DNA of 63,748 nt, the filler included, from Octopus bimaculoides (lineage: Eukaryota): NCBI RefSeq assembly GCF_001194135.2. It is 5 parts of 4 records of this genome, joined end to end, with 100 filler letters (N's around TTAATTAATTAA, not from the genome) between each part and the next. Parts side by side here need not be neighbours in the genome. Positions count along the whole stretch, not along the records: positions 1 to 26,941 come from NC_068986.1; 4 more parts are not named here. The stretch is one strand, 5' to 3'. Within the stretch, counting starts at the first letter, position 1. Every line of letters starts with the position of its first letter. Of this stretch, positions 1 to 13,502 are shown piece after piece. A program made the translations under genes and the position numbers. Below the pieces are notes generated by a model, which did no database searches, had not been told where the DNA came from, and saw only the letters and a list, made by a program, of their open reading frames with translations.

Positions 1-19
1 TATATATATATATATGCGT

Positions 20-245
20 GTGTGTTTTTTGTTTGTGTGTGTGTATGTCCCCAACATCGCATGACAACCGATGCTGGTGTGTTTACCTCCCCGTCACTTA
101 GCGGATCGGCAAAAGAGATCGATAGAATAAGTACTAGGCTTAGAACGAATAAGTCCTGTGGTCGATTTATTCGAATAAAGGTGGTGCTCCAGCATAGCCG
201 CAGTCAAAATGACTGAAGCAAGTAAAAGAATAAAAGAATATAAAT
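20..245 (+). mobile_element. 3' half of bipartite tRNA-derived SINE (family A: head, internal microsatellite, tail)
   Basis: Tail GACAACCGATGCTGGTGTGTTTAC...GGTGCTCCAGCAT...GACTGAAGCAAGTAAAAGAATAAAAGAATA recurs at about 17830-18050, 31060-31280, 60810-61040 and inverted at about 41905-41970; the complete element is seen at 30728-31280. Confidence 0.85.
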
Positions 246-771
246 ATACTTATATATACACCCACTTATACACATGCTACAGGGCAGAGAAGTCAGCTAG
301 CAATGGATTTTTCTGCACAGATTTCCTGCTAAGATGGTTCTATCTCTGAAATATTGAAATCACGGATAAACGTACGAACCTTCGACTTATATCATTAATT
401 TTTAATAACTAGAATTGTTCTGTTTGGCTTTAAGAAATTAAATAAAAACAGTTTAATATATACACATATGTACATGCAGATCGAGCTACTGAGGTACATA
501 TACGTATGTGTTTATATAGATGCCTCCATATGCACATGTATGTAGAAAGAGAGATAGAGAGAAAGAGAGGGAGGGGGAGAGAAAGATTGAGTGTGTAGGT
601 ATATGGTATCACTACGAGTGTATATATTTATGATATATATTTATGATTATGTGTGTGTGTGCGTATGTATGTATTTGAATATACTTATGCTTACACACAC
701 GCGCGCTCTCACACACACGCGCACACACACACATACACACATATATAGTTCAGTATGAATTTATGTATAAT

Positions 772-807
772 TTATGCTCGTATACACACACACACACACA
801 CACACAC

Positions 808-859
<52 letters not shown>

Positions 860-955
860 GTGTGTGTGTGTGTGTCCGCATGTATATATATATGCGTATA
901 CATGTGTGAGAGAGAGAGAGAGAGAGAGAGGTAAAGAGAAAAAGAGGGAAAGAGC

Positions 956-998
<43 letters not shown>

Positions 999-1030
999 TG
1001 TGTGTGTGTGTTTGTATGCGTATGTATTTA
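772..1030. repeat. Compound (CA)n/(TA)n/(TG)n/(GA)n microsatellite
   Basis: Directly visible; representative of dozens of such arrays in the window. Confidence 0.95.
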
Positions 1031-1429
1031 TTATGTGGAGAAGATAAGTCTGTGCTACTCAAAGAAACACGTTTATTGCTGGTCACGTAACTAATTTCTG
1101 ACATTGAGCACAATATCTTTATAATAGAAAGAAATTTGAGAATTCGCTGAAATGTAAAAATATACATATGTAAAAAAAAAAGTACATATATAAAGGTAGT
1201 GCGCATAAATAAATGATAATAAACATTCATTTATATACACACACATACACACACCGACACATGGGCGCGCGTACACATGCGCACACATACCACGCACATA
1301 TTCACACACATATATAAATGATAATAATATACATATATGCATGTGTATATATATGTATGTTTGTGTGTATGCATATATCTATATGTAATGATACATGCAC
1401 ATATTACACGCATATACATAAATAAATGC

Positions 1430-1468
<39 letters not shown>

Positions 1469-2719
1469 GGAGAAATAATAAAAAAATGTATAAATAGATG
1501 ATGAGTAAAACACCGGCACAGCTTCGATTACCTGTTGTTATCCGTAGATTTATACATACATACATACATACATACATACATACATACATACATACGCCAT
1601 GACATGAAAATATATTCATAAAAACGCATCCATAAAACAAACATACAAATCTGCGCATACACTAACACCAAATACTGCACACACACATGCACAAATACCT
1701 AGATGATGTTGATAAAAGTTCCAATGAAGGAGCCTTGAATCTATGTTAGAGTCCGGCTCTTTCTCTATGGACAAGAAATACAGAAATGAAACTGATTGAT
1801 AACATACATACATATATACATACATATATGTAGCGTGTATAGTAATCAGCTGTATGTATATGAATTATTGCTCAAGTTTTCAAAATATCCTTCTGTGAAA
1901 ATATAATGATTAGCAAAATCTCTGAAATTGCTTTCGAATGGTCCGCTCTCTGGAAATTCTGGAAGAAATAGAGCATTATAAACTCTATACGTTATACAGG
2001 AAACAGCCCTGATTCAAACGCTTCCAGGCGTATCTCATTGACGTTATGTATGGCCAAGATACAACATAAACATACCTCATATAAATTCCATTATGCCTCA
2101 ATTAATACTAACTTTTCATTAATTCCAATGCAGATTTTGTATAACTGCAACTGGACTTCAGATATTAAAAGCAAACAAATGATCTTGAGATTGTAGGAAC
2201 AGAAAATATTAGTTGTAATATAATTTATTTTAAAGAGCCCAAACGAAGTCATTATAGTCAGTAGTATCATCATTTCTGTGAACGTAACGATCTAAAGATG
2301 AGTCTTTAATGAGTTGTCGTGGGAATATTAATTACTATGTTTAATAGCTTCTGTTGGTTTCCTCTAAAATCCGGTCAGCTAACCAAACAAGCTAATAACA
2401 TTAAATCGTCGAGGTAATAAAATGGATCTCTAACTTTAAAGATTGGCATCGGAACAGCTTTAACGTCATGTATAAGAAAGGTGATGAAAACATATAATAA
2501 TAAATAATAATGAAAAGCACATGAGCAAAGCTGTGAATTGACAAAATCGGTAGAGTGACGGACAAAATATCAAATCCTGCCGAGGCTCTAGCTTGCCTTT
2601 TAATCTCTCCGTGGCCGAGAAAATATCTGTCACTTCAGTCGAGCAAATCGACTGTATTCATCCTTCCAAATTTTTAGATCCTGTAAAGCCCAATAATAAT
2701 AATAATAATAATAATAATC

Positions 2720-2775
<56 letters not shown>

Positions 2776-2776
<1 letters not shown>

Positions 2777-3275
2777 CCCGGATGCAGTACCAGGCAGTGA
2801 CTCTCATGGCTTCGGATCTTAATTGATTGCAAGTGTTATCGTGTACATTGTTTTGTCTTGGTATAAAAGATGGGCTACAGCAAATATTCTGCTTAATACC
2901 ACAGATTTGCTTGTCAGTTGTTTGACCGTAACCAGTTGAGCATGTCTCTTGGTGGCTGACGATATGTGCATCTCTGATCATAAGCAGAAGTAGTTGGGGA
3001 GCATCATAACCATGTGTTGAAAGGAATTCTTTGGGGTTTGAATAATTCAGCTTTGGAAACATGGGTGTTTTGCTCAACATCCTGAAACAAACCTTATTCA
3101 GGGACCTTTTGAGTGGGATGGGCTACTCGACCTGAAAAAAATTCTAACTGGGCCCCACCTGCGAGGTCATGTGCTGTTTATCTTGGTATGAGATCACTAT
3201 GTCACGCACACACGGTTGTGATGCATGTGCCTGGTATACCCTTATCAGACGGGTAGTTATGATGGGTATACTGGA
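2776..3275 (-). mobile_element. Unclassified interspersed repeat (family X) with (ATT)n tail, embedded in trinucleotide microsatellites
   Basis: Clear inverted homology to 23975-24426 and to 3566-3632; on its own strand it ends ...GTACTGCATCCGGGC followed by (ATT)n. Confidence 0.8.
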
Positions 3276-3528
3276 CATGGAGTGTTACTACCCGAGCAAA
3301 CCCGTAGACGAAAATGGTATTGTGAAGTACATAGAACAAAATAGGGGTTGCAATAAGGGTGGGGCACTTGCAGAAAACAGCACTGCTTGGAGCCACTCGA
3401 ATACTCCGGCTGGTGCTCGAAAAATAAGAGGTATTGCCTTAGTTAACTGGTAGTGAATAGCTGGCACCGTAGTACATCTCCAGTAATAGAAGCTGTGCAA
3501 AGACAACAACAACAACAGCAACAGCAGC

Positions 3529-3562
<34 letters not shown>

Positions 3563-3565
3563 ATA

Positions 3566-3632
3566 ATGGGCTACAGCAAATATTCTGCTCAATACTACAG
3601 AGATTTGCTTTTCAGCTGTTTGACCTTAACCA
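3566..3632 (-). mobile_element. Short fragment of family X
   Basis: ATGGGCTACAGCAAATATTCTGC...TTTGACCTTAACC matches about 2869-2932; abuts an (AAC)n array. Confidence 0.75.
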
Positions 3633-3798
3633 GATCGATCCCAAAATCTAATCACGTCGTTCCAGTCACGAGGCCAAACATCATTGAAAGTTTCATCCGA
3701 ATCCATCCAGCAGTTCTTGAGATATCTTGTCTACGGACAGACAAACAAACAAACAAACACCACTGAAAGAAACAAACACGCTAAAGTGGAGGTAATAA
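3633..3798 (+). mobile_element. Helentron-associated (HINE/DINE-1-like) non-autonomous element, 3' part
   Basis: Contains (CAAA)n microsatellite and terminal GGAGGTAATAA, an architecture I recall for HINE-type elements; no database check. Confidence 0.45.
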
Positions 3799-3799
3799 T

Positions 3800-4335
3800 G
3801 ATTTATTTTATTGGTCACAAGAACCTAAGACATTGAGGACAATATCGAAGGACGGGTTATAGCACATAAAACAAAAGAAAAGCAAAAACAAAAACAGATG
3901 GGGTTTACATCGATCAAAGGGAGAACCTACCACATTAAGGAATATAACAGCGGATATATAGTAGAAATTAAATAAATAAATAATAATTAAATAAATAATT
4001 AGAATCCCCAATAGCGGGGCAGTTCACTTAGGGTAATCCGGGGTAAGCTCCACACAGAAATCCCAGATTACTCAAGGTATGAGAAAGTGCCCTCTTCCAG
4101 TCTCTTTCCTGCTGCTTAGAAAAGCCTACCCAGAGTCGATCCATTCAGTCTCACCAGTCTTGCCACTGTCGACCGGAAGTCCTTCGTACGTTGGGCAAAA
4201 GAATTAGCAGCATTTCTTCTGGCTCTTTCACGTCCTGGCTTCAAATGACTTCGACTCCAGCTTTGCCTTTCGTTCTTTCGACAAAGGATGGTATAAAGCA
4301 CTAGTCAATGAAATAAAGCACCTGTTGATGTTTAA
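3800..4335 (-). mobile_element. 3' end of an L1/Tx1-like LINE (ORF2 C-terminus plus 3' UTR), frameshifted
   Basis: Minus-strand peptide pieces YHPLSKERKAKLESKSF and VARLVRLNGSTLGRLF* resemble, from memory, L1/Tx1 ORF2 C-termini; followed by a UTR-like segment. Confidence 0.45.
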
Positions 4336-4336
4336 A

Positions 4337-4430
4337 CTGGTCTCGGTAGGATTTGAACCCGGATCTCTCAGATCACAAATGGAACAAGTACAGCAAGGCA
4401 TTCTATCCAACGTTCTAACTACTCTGTCAA
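4337..4430 (-). mobile_element. Diverged tRNA-derived SINE head (family B)
   Basis: Reverse complement gives GAGTAGTTAGAACGTTGG...GGGTTCAAATCC (A/B-box-like), similar to the 9295-9506 head. Confidence 0.55.
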
Positions 4431-4799
4431 AAGTGGATCGATGGACATATTAAGTCATATAATTCTAAGTATAGTGTGTCAGAAGATAAAACAGAAGAGT
4501 TCCAGTAGGAATGCTTTTAAGCATATGTTTTCGTCGATCGGGAGTGATGAAGGGTTAAATAACAGTAATTGCTAGAGTGTTAGACTATTTATACTTAAAA
4601 GAATTCGAAATTATTTCGGCAATTTAGAAATTGCGCATTCTTTATGAATTTTTACATCAACAGTTGAAGAAACTAGTTCTGAAATTATTTAAATCACACG
4701 AAAATGGAACATATGTTAGGAATATTTAAACTCAGTTTTGTGTGTTGAATACTCTTTCTTTCATTTGTACATTGAAGACTATATAGACATGGAATATCA

Positions 4800-5950
4800 T
4801 AAAATTGTGGTGGACCATAAAAGTTTTAAAACGTGTGATTACTTCACATGCATTTCTTATCTCTAACAACACACACCTTTCTGACACTTATTCCACATAT
4901 TTCTTTTTATATCTTTTACGGTATATCTTCGTTATTCCATGTAACTTATCTACACCCCATCCCATCGACACTATTACTGTTCATCTTATTCCATTCTTCA
5001 CAATTACATTTATTAACTTTACCAAAGCCATTTTGTGCACAACCATAGTTTTTTTTACATGATTATTTATTACTACATAATTTCATTATTAAAAATTTTT
5101 TTTCCCACTTATTCGTTTTTATTATATTTTAACTACTTCGCCTCTCTGCCTCAATACCATTGATTATCTCTTCATACTTTCATTGTTTCAATCTCCACTT
5201 TTTTACTATTTCTCAGAGGCCCTCCTACTTTTCGCTACCTAAAGTTTAATTCTACAATTAAACCCTAATTTTCAAATTATTTTTACCATTCTATTTTTCA
5301 ATTCTTAACTTTTCCTAATGTACATGTCGTTGTTCCAACTGCCTTCCATACTTCATTTTGACCCATATCTCCTACCATATTAATTTTTTTATCTTGATAT
5401 TTTCCTCTCACTCTATGTGGCTTCTCTTTCACACACCATTCTGCCCTTTCTCACTTATTCTCCTTTCTTCTTCCTTCTTTGTCATCTTTCTATTTTATTT
5501 CTTCCTTCCTTCCTTCCTTCCTCCATAATCTGCATTACTGTCCAACCATATTTGAACCATTTATAATAAGTCATTACACGACCTGGCTTACCTAGCCTAT
5601 ATTTTCATACCTATGCTACCCTTAAGATAGCTTTCACTTCCTTTTAAATTCCATCACATTTTAACCTTTAACATTGACACTTAAACAGCTATCACCTCTA
5701 CTCTCCCCTTCCCATTATCCATTTAATCGCGACTCCTATAATATAGAGTTATTTCCATCTTTCATTCTTTACAGTCTATATTTTCTTTCAATAGCTTTTT
5801 GAAGCATCATCATGAACATAGGAACGATTCATATAGCTAATGCCTTTAACTGGTTTTAATTTCTAATGGAACGAATTCCAGTTTTTCTTGACCTAAACCC
5901 TGTCTCATAGTCTGCTTTCTTATCTTAATTTAGCCTTTCCCACCACTTCT
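4800..5950 (-). mobile_element. Highly decayed LINE reverse-transcriptase remnant (RTE-like)
   Basis: Minus-strand GFRSRK and GKPGRVMTYYKWF resemble the QxGFR and GxxQGCVMSP RT motifs; many stops. Confidence 0.3.
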
Positions 5951-5989
5951 TTTCGCTTTTATAAATGTGTGTGTACGTGTGTGTGTGTA

Positions 5990-6020
<31 letters not shown>

Positions 6021-7094
6021 ACAAGAATAAGGGCAGGGAATCGTCAATTAATAATAGAATTAACAATTAACAATTTTGCCAAGTAGTTCAGTATGAAAAA
6101 ACCTTTATCGGTAAAACCATTTATCATCATAAATATACAGGGATTAGCATTGAGTTGCTTCTCCAACATACTGAAAATTTAGAAATAGCAGTCAAAGAAC
6201 TACTGATTCTAAACTACAAATTTTTCTCTAAATGGATGGCGATATTTGTGGCACACATAGAACAAAAATCTATCTATCTANNNNNNNNNNNNNNNNNNNN
6301 NNNNNNNNNNNNNNNNNNNNNNNNNNNNNNNNNNNNNNNNNNNNNNNNNNNNNNNNNNNNNNNNNNNNNNNNNNNNNNNNNNNNNNNNNNNNNNNNNNNN
6401 NNNNNNNNNNNNNNNNNNNNNNNNNNNNNNNNNNNNNNNNNNNNNNNNNNNNNNNNNNNNNNNNNNNNNNNNNNNNNNNNNNNNNNNNNNNNNNNNNNNN
6501 NNNNNNNNNNNNNNNNNNNNNNNNNNNNNNNNNNNNNNNNNNNNNNNNNNNNNNNNNNNNNNNNNNNNNNNNNNNNNNNNNNNNNNNNNNNNNNNNNNNN
6601 NNNNNNNNNNNNNNNNNNNNNNNNNNNNNNNNNNNNNNNNNNNNNNNNNNNNNNNNNNNNNNNNNNNNNNNNNNNNNNNNNNNNNNNNNNNNNNNNNNNN
6701 NNNNNNNNNNNNNNNNNNNNNNNNNNNNNNNNNNNNNNNNNNNNNNNNNNNNNNNNNNNNNNNNNNNNNNNNNNNNNNNNNNNNNNNNNNNNNNNNNNNN
6801 NNNNNNNNNNNNNNNNNNNNNNNNNNNNNNNNNNNNNNNNNNNNNNNNNNNNNNNNNNNNNNNNNNNNNNNNNNNNNNNNNNNNNNNNNNNNNNNNNNNN
6901 NNNNNNNNNNNNNNNNNNNNNNNNNNNNNNNNNNNNNNNNNNNNNNNNNNNNNNNNNNNNNNNNNNNNNNNNNNNNNNNNNNNNNNNNNNNNNNNNTGAT
7001 AGGAAAAGAGGAACCGTGAGAGAGCGAGAACGGTTTGTGTTGATAAGTAAATGAATAAAACGATTCGATTGTTTGTTTTCTTTTCTCTTTAAAC

Positions 7095-7135
<41 letters not shown>

Positions 7136-8591
7136 GTTTTGCTCTCTATACGTTAATCTCTATACTACTCCATCCTCACTTTCTTACGTGGAAGTAAATT
7201 GGGTAAGAATAAAAATAAAAAGAAAAAGAAAAAAAAACGAAAGAAAAAGAACATGAAACTAACAAGATTTTATTAATGGCTTCTCTTAAGATTAATGTTA
7301 AATACGCACCAGACAATCAGAGAGCATATAGTGTAAGTCACGCAATATTTGTGACTATAACGACAAAACTGCTTAACTGAAATATATTGAAGGTGCAGAG
7401 GATAGAAGGAAATAAATCAGTTTATCACACATACAATACCCATTTATTCACTCCATACGAAATACTCGCAAAATCATGAAAGCCATGCACACACTAACCA
7501 AATATTATAAACCTCTTACAGCCCTCGGCTTTAATAAGCTTTTAAACAACTGGAGAGAGATGTGGCTATTGCTCTTTTACGCCCGGACGAAATAAATAAA
7601 TGCGAATTGGTAGAAATTGTAAGCTAGTTGATAGAATGGTTTTGTATTTACTTACGTTTTTTTTTTATGAGTTTATACCTTCACTAGGTTGACTTTGTAT
7701 TTCATTCCTCTTTGGTCGATATAACAATATGTATAGTATACGTGGACCTTTAAGCGCATGTCGGATGAAGTGCCACACCGATGTAATCAACCGCAAATGT
7801 TGCGTAACTTTTCACGCGAAGTCATTTATGTGGAGCTGTGCCGAAACAGTTGAAACTAGTAATAAAGACGGGTTCATTCTTCTTTCGTCTTATTTGGATT
7901 ATGCATGCATACATACATACATACATACATACATGCATGCATGCATGCATACATACATACATACATGAATACATACATACATGTATACATACATACGTAC
8001 ATACATACACAAACATATATATATATATATATATATAAATACATACATACATACATACATACATACATACATACATACATGGATGCATACATACATACAT
8101 GCATACATACATACATACATACATGCATACATACATACATACACACATGCATGCATACATACATACATACATACATACATACATACATNNNNNNNNNNNN
8201 NNNNNNNNNNNNNNNNNNNNNNNNNNNNNNNNNNNNNNNNNNNNNNNNNNNNNNNNNNNNNNNNNNNNNNNNNNNNNNNNNNNNNNNNNNNNNNNNNNNN
8301 NNNNNNNNNNNNNNNNNNNNNNNNNNNNNNNNNNNNNNNNNNNNNNNNNNNNNNNNNNNNNNNNNNNNNNNNNNNNNNNNNNNNNNNNNNNNNNNNNNNN
8401 NNNNNNNNNNNNNNNNNNNNNNNNNNNNNNNNNNNNNNNNNNNNNNNNNNNNNNNNNNNNNNNNNNNNNNNNNNNNNNNNNNNNNNNNNNNNNNNNNNNN
8501 NNNNNNNNNNNNNNNNNNNNNNNNNNNNNNNNNNNNNNNNNNNNNNATATATATATATATATATACACACGCACACACATATATATTTATC

Positions 8592-8765
8592 GTATCAGGA
8601 CAATTACCCCTCCACTAGGACAATTGTCTCCGATGCCAACCACCCCCTAGGACAATTACTCCCTCTCCAATATATTAAGAAGTTTTAAATCATCATCTGT
8701 TGTCCTCAGGGGTAATTATGCTTGGGGGTGAGGTTATTGTGCATGAGTTTGAATGTCCTAGACTC
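8592..8765. mobile_element. MITE-like element with subterminal repeats
   Basis: Three direct GGACAATT(A/G) units at left (GGACAATTACCCC) and inverted GGGGTAATT/AATGTCCTAG units at right, flanked by (TA)n-rich DNA. Confidence 0.5.
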
Positions 8766-8834
8766 ATATATATATATATATGTATATTTACGTACATAGA
8801 AAAGACATTTAGTAATGTATATTTGGATAGTTAT

Positions 8835-9235
8835 TTTTAGGCACCATTGCCCATTCGATTAAAGAGTTGTTGTTTGCATCAGTGTAACCGGGTGTTGGTG
8901 GTTTATCTGGAATTTGTTGGAGATATTCATCCTGGAACCTTTTGAAGGTTATGAAATCTTTTTCCTCCTTTTGGAATGATGTTAAAAAGAGCAGCTCCAG
9001 TTGAGGAGAAAGTGTTCTGACTTAATGCTGTGATGTGCTGAGAGCACGAATTCTGTAGAGGACACATAGCACGGGGACCAACCCTTGGTTGGATTTTAGA
9101 AGTGATACCGATATCATGTGAGCAATACTGTCGGAACAATTTCCACATCATACAAATGATAAAGCGCTCTCGGCGGCGCTGGAGAGAATACAGTTGGAGA
9201 TTCGTGACTCGAACCCAGTAATTAAGACCAGACAT
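8835..9235 (-). mobile_element. CR1-like LINE, 3' end of ORF2
   Basis: Minus frame SGLNYWVRVTNLQLYSLQRRRERFIICMMWK...ALFNIIPK contains the LxSLxxRR and LFNxxP motifs typical of CR1 C-termini. Confidence 0.75.
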
Positions 9236-9294
9236 ACCATTTATACATACATATATATATGTGTGTATGTATGTATATGTGTGTGTATATATAT

Positions 9295-9506
9295 TCTTTT
9301 CTACTCTAGGCACAAGGCCCAAAATTTTGAGGGTGGGGGCCAGTCGGTGAGATCGACGCCAGTGCGCAACTGGTACTTAAGTTATCGACCCCGAAAGAAT
9401 GAAAGGCAGAGTTGACCTCGGCTGAATTTGAACTCGGAACGTAAATACACGAAATACCGCTAAGTATTTCGTCCGACGTGCTAACGTTTCTGCCAGCTCG
9501 CCGCCT
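9295..9506 (-). mobile_element. tRNA-derived SINE family B, near full length, CpGs intact
   Basis: Head GGCGGCGAGCTGGCAGAAACGTTAGC... with B-box GAGTTCAAATTC; homologues at about 11570-11740, 22550-22645, 35875-36075, 46637/48492-48670 and 63510-63680. Confidence 0.85.
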
Positions 9507-9678
9507 TTGTGTGTGTATATATATATTAAATTATACATATATGTATATGTATGTATACATGTATATGTAAGTGTATATATATATATATATATATATATAT
9601 NNNNNNNNNNNNNNNNNNNNNNNNNNNNNNNNNNNNNNNNNNNNNNNNNNNNNNNNNNNNNNNNNNNNNNNNTGGATG

Positions 9679-9970
9679 TATAAAAGATAATAAGAGTGAA
9701 AAAACTACAGAAGGCTTGTGTTACATGGTTAAAGTATATATTTAAATTATGTCAGAAAAATGTTATAAAATCTTTTTGGTATATAAACATTGTATTTTGA
9801 GAAATAACCGGTTTCGTGTTGTCTTTTCAAATTTCTCTACTTCATTGTAACGTGTTCGCTAGAAATAACCGGTTTATATACCAAAAAGATTTTATAACAT
9901 TTTTCTGTCATAATTTAAATATATACTTTAACCATGTAACACAAGCCTTCTGTAGTTTTTTCACTCTTAT

Positions 9971-9981
<11 letters not shown>
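9679..9981. repeat. About 110-bp near-perfect inverted repeat with about 85-bp spacer (Penelope-type inverted pLTR)
   Basis: 9679-9788 is the reverse complement of about 9872-9981 with one mismatch I could find; the spacer holds two copies of AGAAATAACCGGTTT. Confidence 0.85.
9799..9837 (-). ncRNA. Degenerate minimal type-I hammerhead ribozyme motif
   Basis: Minus strand: GAGAAAT [TTGAAAA] G-ACAACA-C [GAAA] CCGG [TT] ATTTCTC; 7-bp helix I and palindromic CCGG loop 3; core carries C3U and G8A changes. Confidence 0.5.
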
Positions 9982-10010
<29 letters not shown>

Positions 10011-10015
10011 ATACA

Positions 10016-10048
<33 letters not shown>

Positions 10049-10884
10049 GTGGTCAATAATTTGTTGGATGAGATCCAGCCTACTATGCTCGATCCTTATA
10101 TTAAGATATATTAAACGTTGGGACAATAGATTATATCATTTATATGTGATTGCATAGCTTTTGTGTCTCAACTTAGAAGCCAATACCGTTTCCCTAAAAA
10201 TTCTGCTGTTGAGGTGAAGCCCAGATGGGACAAAGAAAAATATTTGAGAAAAAGAACGGTTCACATTTTCATCTTTATTAAGAGGCACGAAACACATAGC
10301 CATAGCATGTTATTTTACAACTATATGCTTTTTTCTTTATAAAATATTTCCTTTGAAACATAAGAAAATGAAGCTCTTGATTTCGAAATAGGTTCCCTTA
10401 TCTCTGTAATATCTCTCATATAGTGTTTTTGTTGCTCTCCCAAATATAATTCACTGTTTTCCTCTGTGCAGATTTATTGTTCATTAACGATCGTCTGCCC
10501 TTCTTGTCTAGCGAGATTCTTTCTCTTATACTCTATTTCTTTTAGTACATTGTTTCTCCCGAAGTGGTGCATTTCTCTTGAAGCAATATGGCGACGTTAA
10601 CTGTAGGGAAGCAATGTAAAAGGTCAAACTATCATAAAGCGTTAAGTCTCTTTTCTCACAGCCTCTCTTCCACCTACTCCTCTTTCTCCTTCCATCTTCT
10701 TCTTCGCCTCTCCTTCTCTCTTCCTCCCCTTCCTCCTCCTCTTCACTATCGTCGTTATTAACCTATATGACCCGAACAATGAAGTCATTCAACCTGCAAA
10801 TCTCGTAACATGTTTATTAAAAGTTTTGTATAAGATGGTACATGAAAATTTATTCATAGAAGTTTAAAATTGAAATTTTGCTCA

Positions 10885-10956
<72 letters not shown>

Positions 10957-11139
10957 GTCTACATTTTATTTGTACGTGTGTCGACAAACCATGAATATAC
11001 ATATCTTTGTACGCGCATACAGATATGAACATAGAAAGACGTACCGAGTGATTTAGTCCTAGTTGAACTTTTTCTTACAGAACAAAAGAAGAGAGGTGAG
11101 CGTCGCAGATTGACCAGCTTTAATCATAGATCTGTTCAG

Positions 11140-11436
11140 TCATGGGATTAAATTGGAACTAAATAATAATAATAATAAGAATAATAATAATAAAGATGAT
11201 GATGATAACATTAATAATGATGATGATAANNNNNNNNNNNNNNNNNNNNNNNGAAGGAAGTGGAGGAGGAGGAGGAGGAGGAGGAGGAGAAGAAGAAGGA
11301 ACAGAAAGAGGAGAAAAAGGAGGAGGAAGAGAAAAAGAAGGTGAAGGAAGTGTGAAAGAAGAAGGACGAAGAAGAGGAGGAGGAAAAGAAGAAGAAGAAG
11401 AAGAAGAAGAAGAAGAAGAAGGAGAGCAACAGCTGC

Positions 11437-11482
<46 letters not shown>

Positions 11483-11510
11483 GCTACAACAACCACAATA
11501 GCGACAAGGC
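11140..11510. repeat. Compound trinucleotide array (AAT, GAT, GAG, GAA, CAA)
   Basis: Directly visible; explains the poly-N/G/E/Q/L ORFs here. Confidence 0.9.
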
Positions 11511-11760
11511 AAAAACAACACAGGCAACAAGAGCCAAACCAACCACAACGAGTCCAACAATAGCACAATCGTTAAGATATTAAACACAAAACCATGCGGT
11601 AGTTAGTTACCATCCGTTAGCTTCTGAGTACAAATCTCACTGAGGGCAACTTTAGCGCTTTACTTTTCACACTTTCGGGGTTATCAAAATAAAGAACATA
11701 TCAAGTAGTGACGGGTTGATTTGCTCGGCTAAACCCTTCCGAAACATTAGGGGCAAAGTA

Positions 11761-12670
11761 CGACGTGGTATCAAAACGTTCCCGAATTAGCACTGTAGCG
11801 CGCCAGCAGATGACAGCACACGGTTGCGTGCGCAGTGGGAGCTAGCAGTGACCTTCATGAGGTAATGTGCTGAGTAATATCGCTGTGTTTACTTCGCAAG
11901 TTGTGAAATTTATGTTTTTGTGATCACGTGTATGCTGTAACTGTGATTTTATCATTGATAGGAACAAAGAGCACTGTAAAATTTTGCGTTAAACCTGGGA
12001 TGTCTGCTACAGAGACATTGAGATGCTTCGGCAAGATTACAGAGACGAGGTAATGGGTGGTACGCAATGTTTTGAGTAGCAGGGGCGCTTCAAAAACAGA
12101 ACGTCCCTGAAAGATGATGAGCGATCTGAAAAACCTGCCACGAGTGTCATCCCCGGAAATGTGGTATTGTACATCGAGAATTCGTCCCCAAGACAGTCAA
12201 TTGAGAGTTCTACTGCGACGGTTTGAAGCATTTGAGGGAGGGCAGTCGCCGAAAGCGACCGGATATGTGGAGCACGAATAAGTGGATTCTTCACGACAAG
12301 AATATACCCAGTCACCGACCCTCATCACTCGTAAGTTTTTTTTCCAAAAACAAAATGGTATCACTTCCTCTCTCGCCCTATTTACCAGATTTAGCACCTA
12401 CAGACATCCATCTCTTCCTCAAGATGAAAAGGCAGCTCAAATGCCGTTTTAACACTGTTGTCGGGATCCGGAGCGAATCGCAGGAGGTCCTCGACTCGCT
12501 TACGGAAAACGACTTCCAAGGCGGATTCTAAAAATGGCAGGAAGGCCGAGACCGCTGTATTACTGTGCAAGATGATTATTTCGAAGGAGATGATGTTTAA
12601 ACTTAGGTAAATAAGTTATTTTTTTTTTTATTAAACATAACTAGTCCGGCAAACTTTTGATGCAACATCG
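11761..12670 (+). mobile_element. Internally deleted mariner (DD34D) transposon
   Basis: 30-bp imperfect TIRs (11761-11790, 12641-12670), TA at the left end; relic transposase with WILHDKNIPSH and PYLPDLAPTD (YSPDLAPxD) at 12223-12531. Confidence 0.9.
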
Positions 12671-13462
12671 TCAAGGCATTTATTAGAGATCGTCATTAAT
12701 CAACCCATTGACAATGATGGCTGGAATGTTCACAGCAAACACGTAAAGAAAGGATCTTCATTCGCCGCCATCGTTTATCGTCTCGTATCAATTTCGACAA
12801 AGAACAGGCGTCTTTATTGACTTTAAAGTAACCTAACTGTGTCTATGACGATATCATGCTGGAAAATATCAGTACATTCTCGATTAGTAGAGATAATTAT
12901 CGTCAAGTATTGATAACATTCAGATCAGTGACAGCTTTAGCAATTTAGAAAATACTTTCTTTAATGGATATTCGAGAAAGATGCTTCTACTACACGGTAA
13001 GTATAGCAAAAAAAAAAAAAAGTAGAAACAAAAACAAAAAATCTAATAAAATATATAAAAGATAAATGAATAAAAAGGACAATACTACTTCTCGGAATAA
13101 CAGTTAATCGTAATAATGTGATTCAGAAGAAAGGGAAAAAATAAAAAGGAGAGACGTAAGACTAAAATGGCTTTTAATCATCATCAACGTTTTCTTCCTT
13201 TCGCTTCCTAAGTCNNNNNNNNNNNNNNNNNNNNNNNNNNNNNNNNNNNNNNNNNNNNNNNNNNNNNNNNNNNNNNNNNNNNNNNNNNNNNNNNNNNNNN
13301 NNNNNNNNNNNNNNNNNNNNNNNNNNNNNNNNNNNNNNNNNNNNNNNNNNNNNNNNNNNNNNNNNNNNNNNNNNNNNNNNNNNNNNNNNNNNNNNNNNTA
13401 TATATATATATATGTATGTATATACGTATGTATATACATACACATGTGTATATATGTATGTA

Positions 13463-13502
<40 letters not shown>

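Noticed and set aside
11196-11501. Poly-G/E/Q ORF resembling a transcription-factor low-complexity region
   Set aside because: Pure compound trinucleotide array spanning a gap, with no unique coding flank or splice context.
12949-12996. 48-nt plus-strand exon candidate KILSLMDIRERCFYYT with GTAAGT donor
   Set aside because: Poor polypyrimidine tract, no recognisable homology and no partner exons; cannot be supported from sequence alone.
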